Assembly (NCBI GenBank): GCA_051362555.1
Contig: CM120641.1
Coordinates: 31,440,401 to 31,504,400, forward strand
Direction: 5' to 3'
DNA: 64,000 nucleotides
DNA from: Lingula anatina
Lineage: Eukaryota > Animalia > Brachiopoda
The position numbers were made by a program, and so were the translations under genes. Below the pieces are notes generated by a model that saw nothing but the letters and a program-made list of their open reading frames with translations, did not search any database and was not told the DNA's origin. Shown piece after piece: positions 63,811-64,000 of this stretch; position 1 is the first letter of the stretch, and each line of letters starts with the position of its first letter.

Positions 63811-64000
63811 CCGCAGGAAAAGCAGACAACAACAACACTTTATTGCAATAAAATAAGATTCATACGATATAATCGTCTTAATTGCTCAAATTCACAACGT
63901 GTGCAGTTCTGGGCTTTTCATTATCCGACACACTGTACAAAAACTCGCAACTTATGTCTGAGGATTGTGTCAAGCGCCTGTGTTATTTTGGTCTCGACTG

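Overview
AT-rich eukaryotic DNA, most likely from an invertebrate animal judging by the transposon families, made almost entirely of repeats. No prokaryotic operon, CRISPR array or confidently identifiable host gene is present. Bases 1-26.5k are a higher-order satellite: ~193-bp monomers interspersed with 17 copies of a non-satellite, exon-like cassette. The array is interrupted by an RTEX-type LINE that itself carries a Helentron-like MITE. Next come a CpG-rich repeat element and a DIRS1-type tyrosine-recombinase retrotransposon (28.6-36.3k; gag, RT, RNase H, adenine-methyltransferase-like domain, YR, ITRs, ICR). The DIRS carries two nested insertions: a 2.1-kb internally deleted Gypsy element with an intact gag-protease ORF, and a TIR element with a 9-bp TSD. 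Degenerate satellite resumes at 36.3-39k. The rest is low-information DNA with several non-autonomous DNA transposons (Harbinger-, MULE- and Kolobok-like), two decayed L1/Tx1-type LINEs and a 5'-truncated RTE LINE. I cannot demonstrate a new biological system. The best candidates for follow-up are the exon-like cassette amplified inside the satellite and the compact LTR-gag-protease-LTR element nested in the DIRS recombinase. All calls are by eye; no searches were run.
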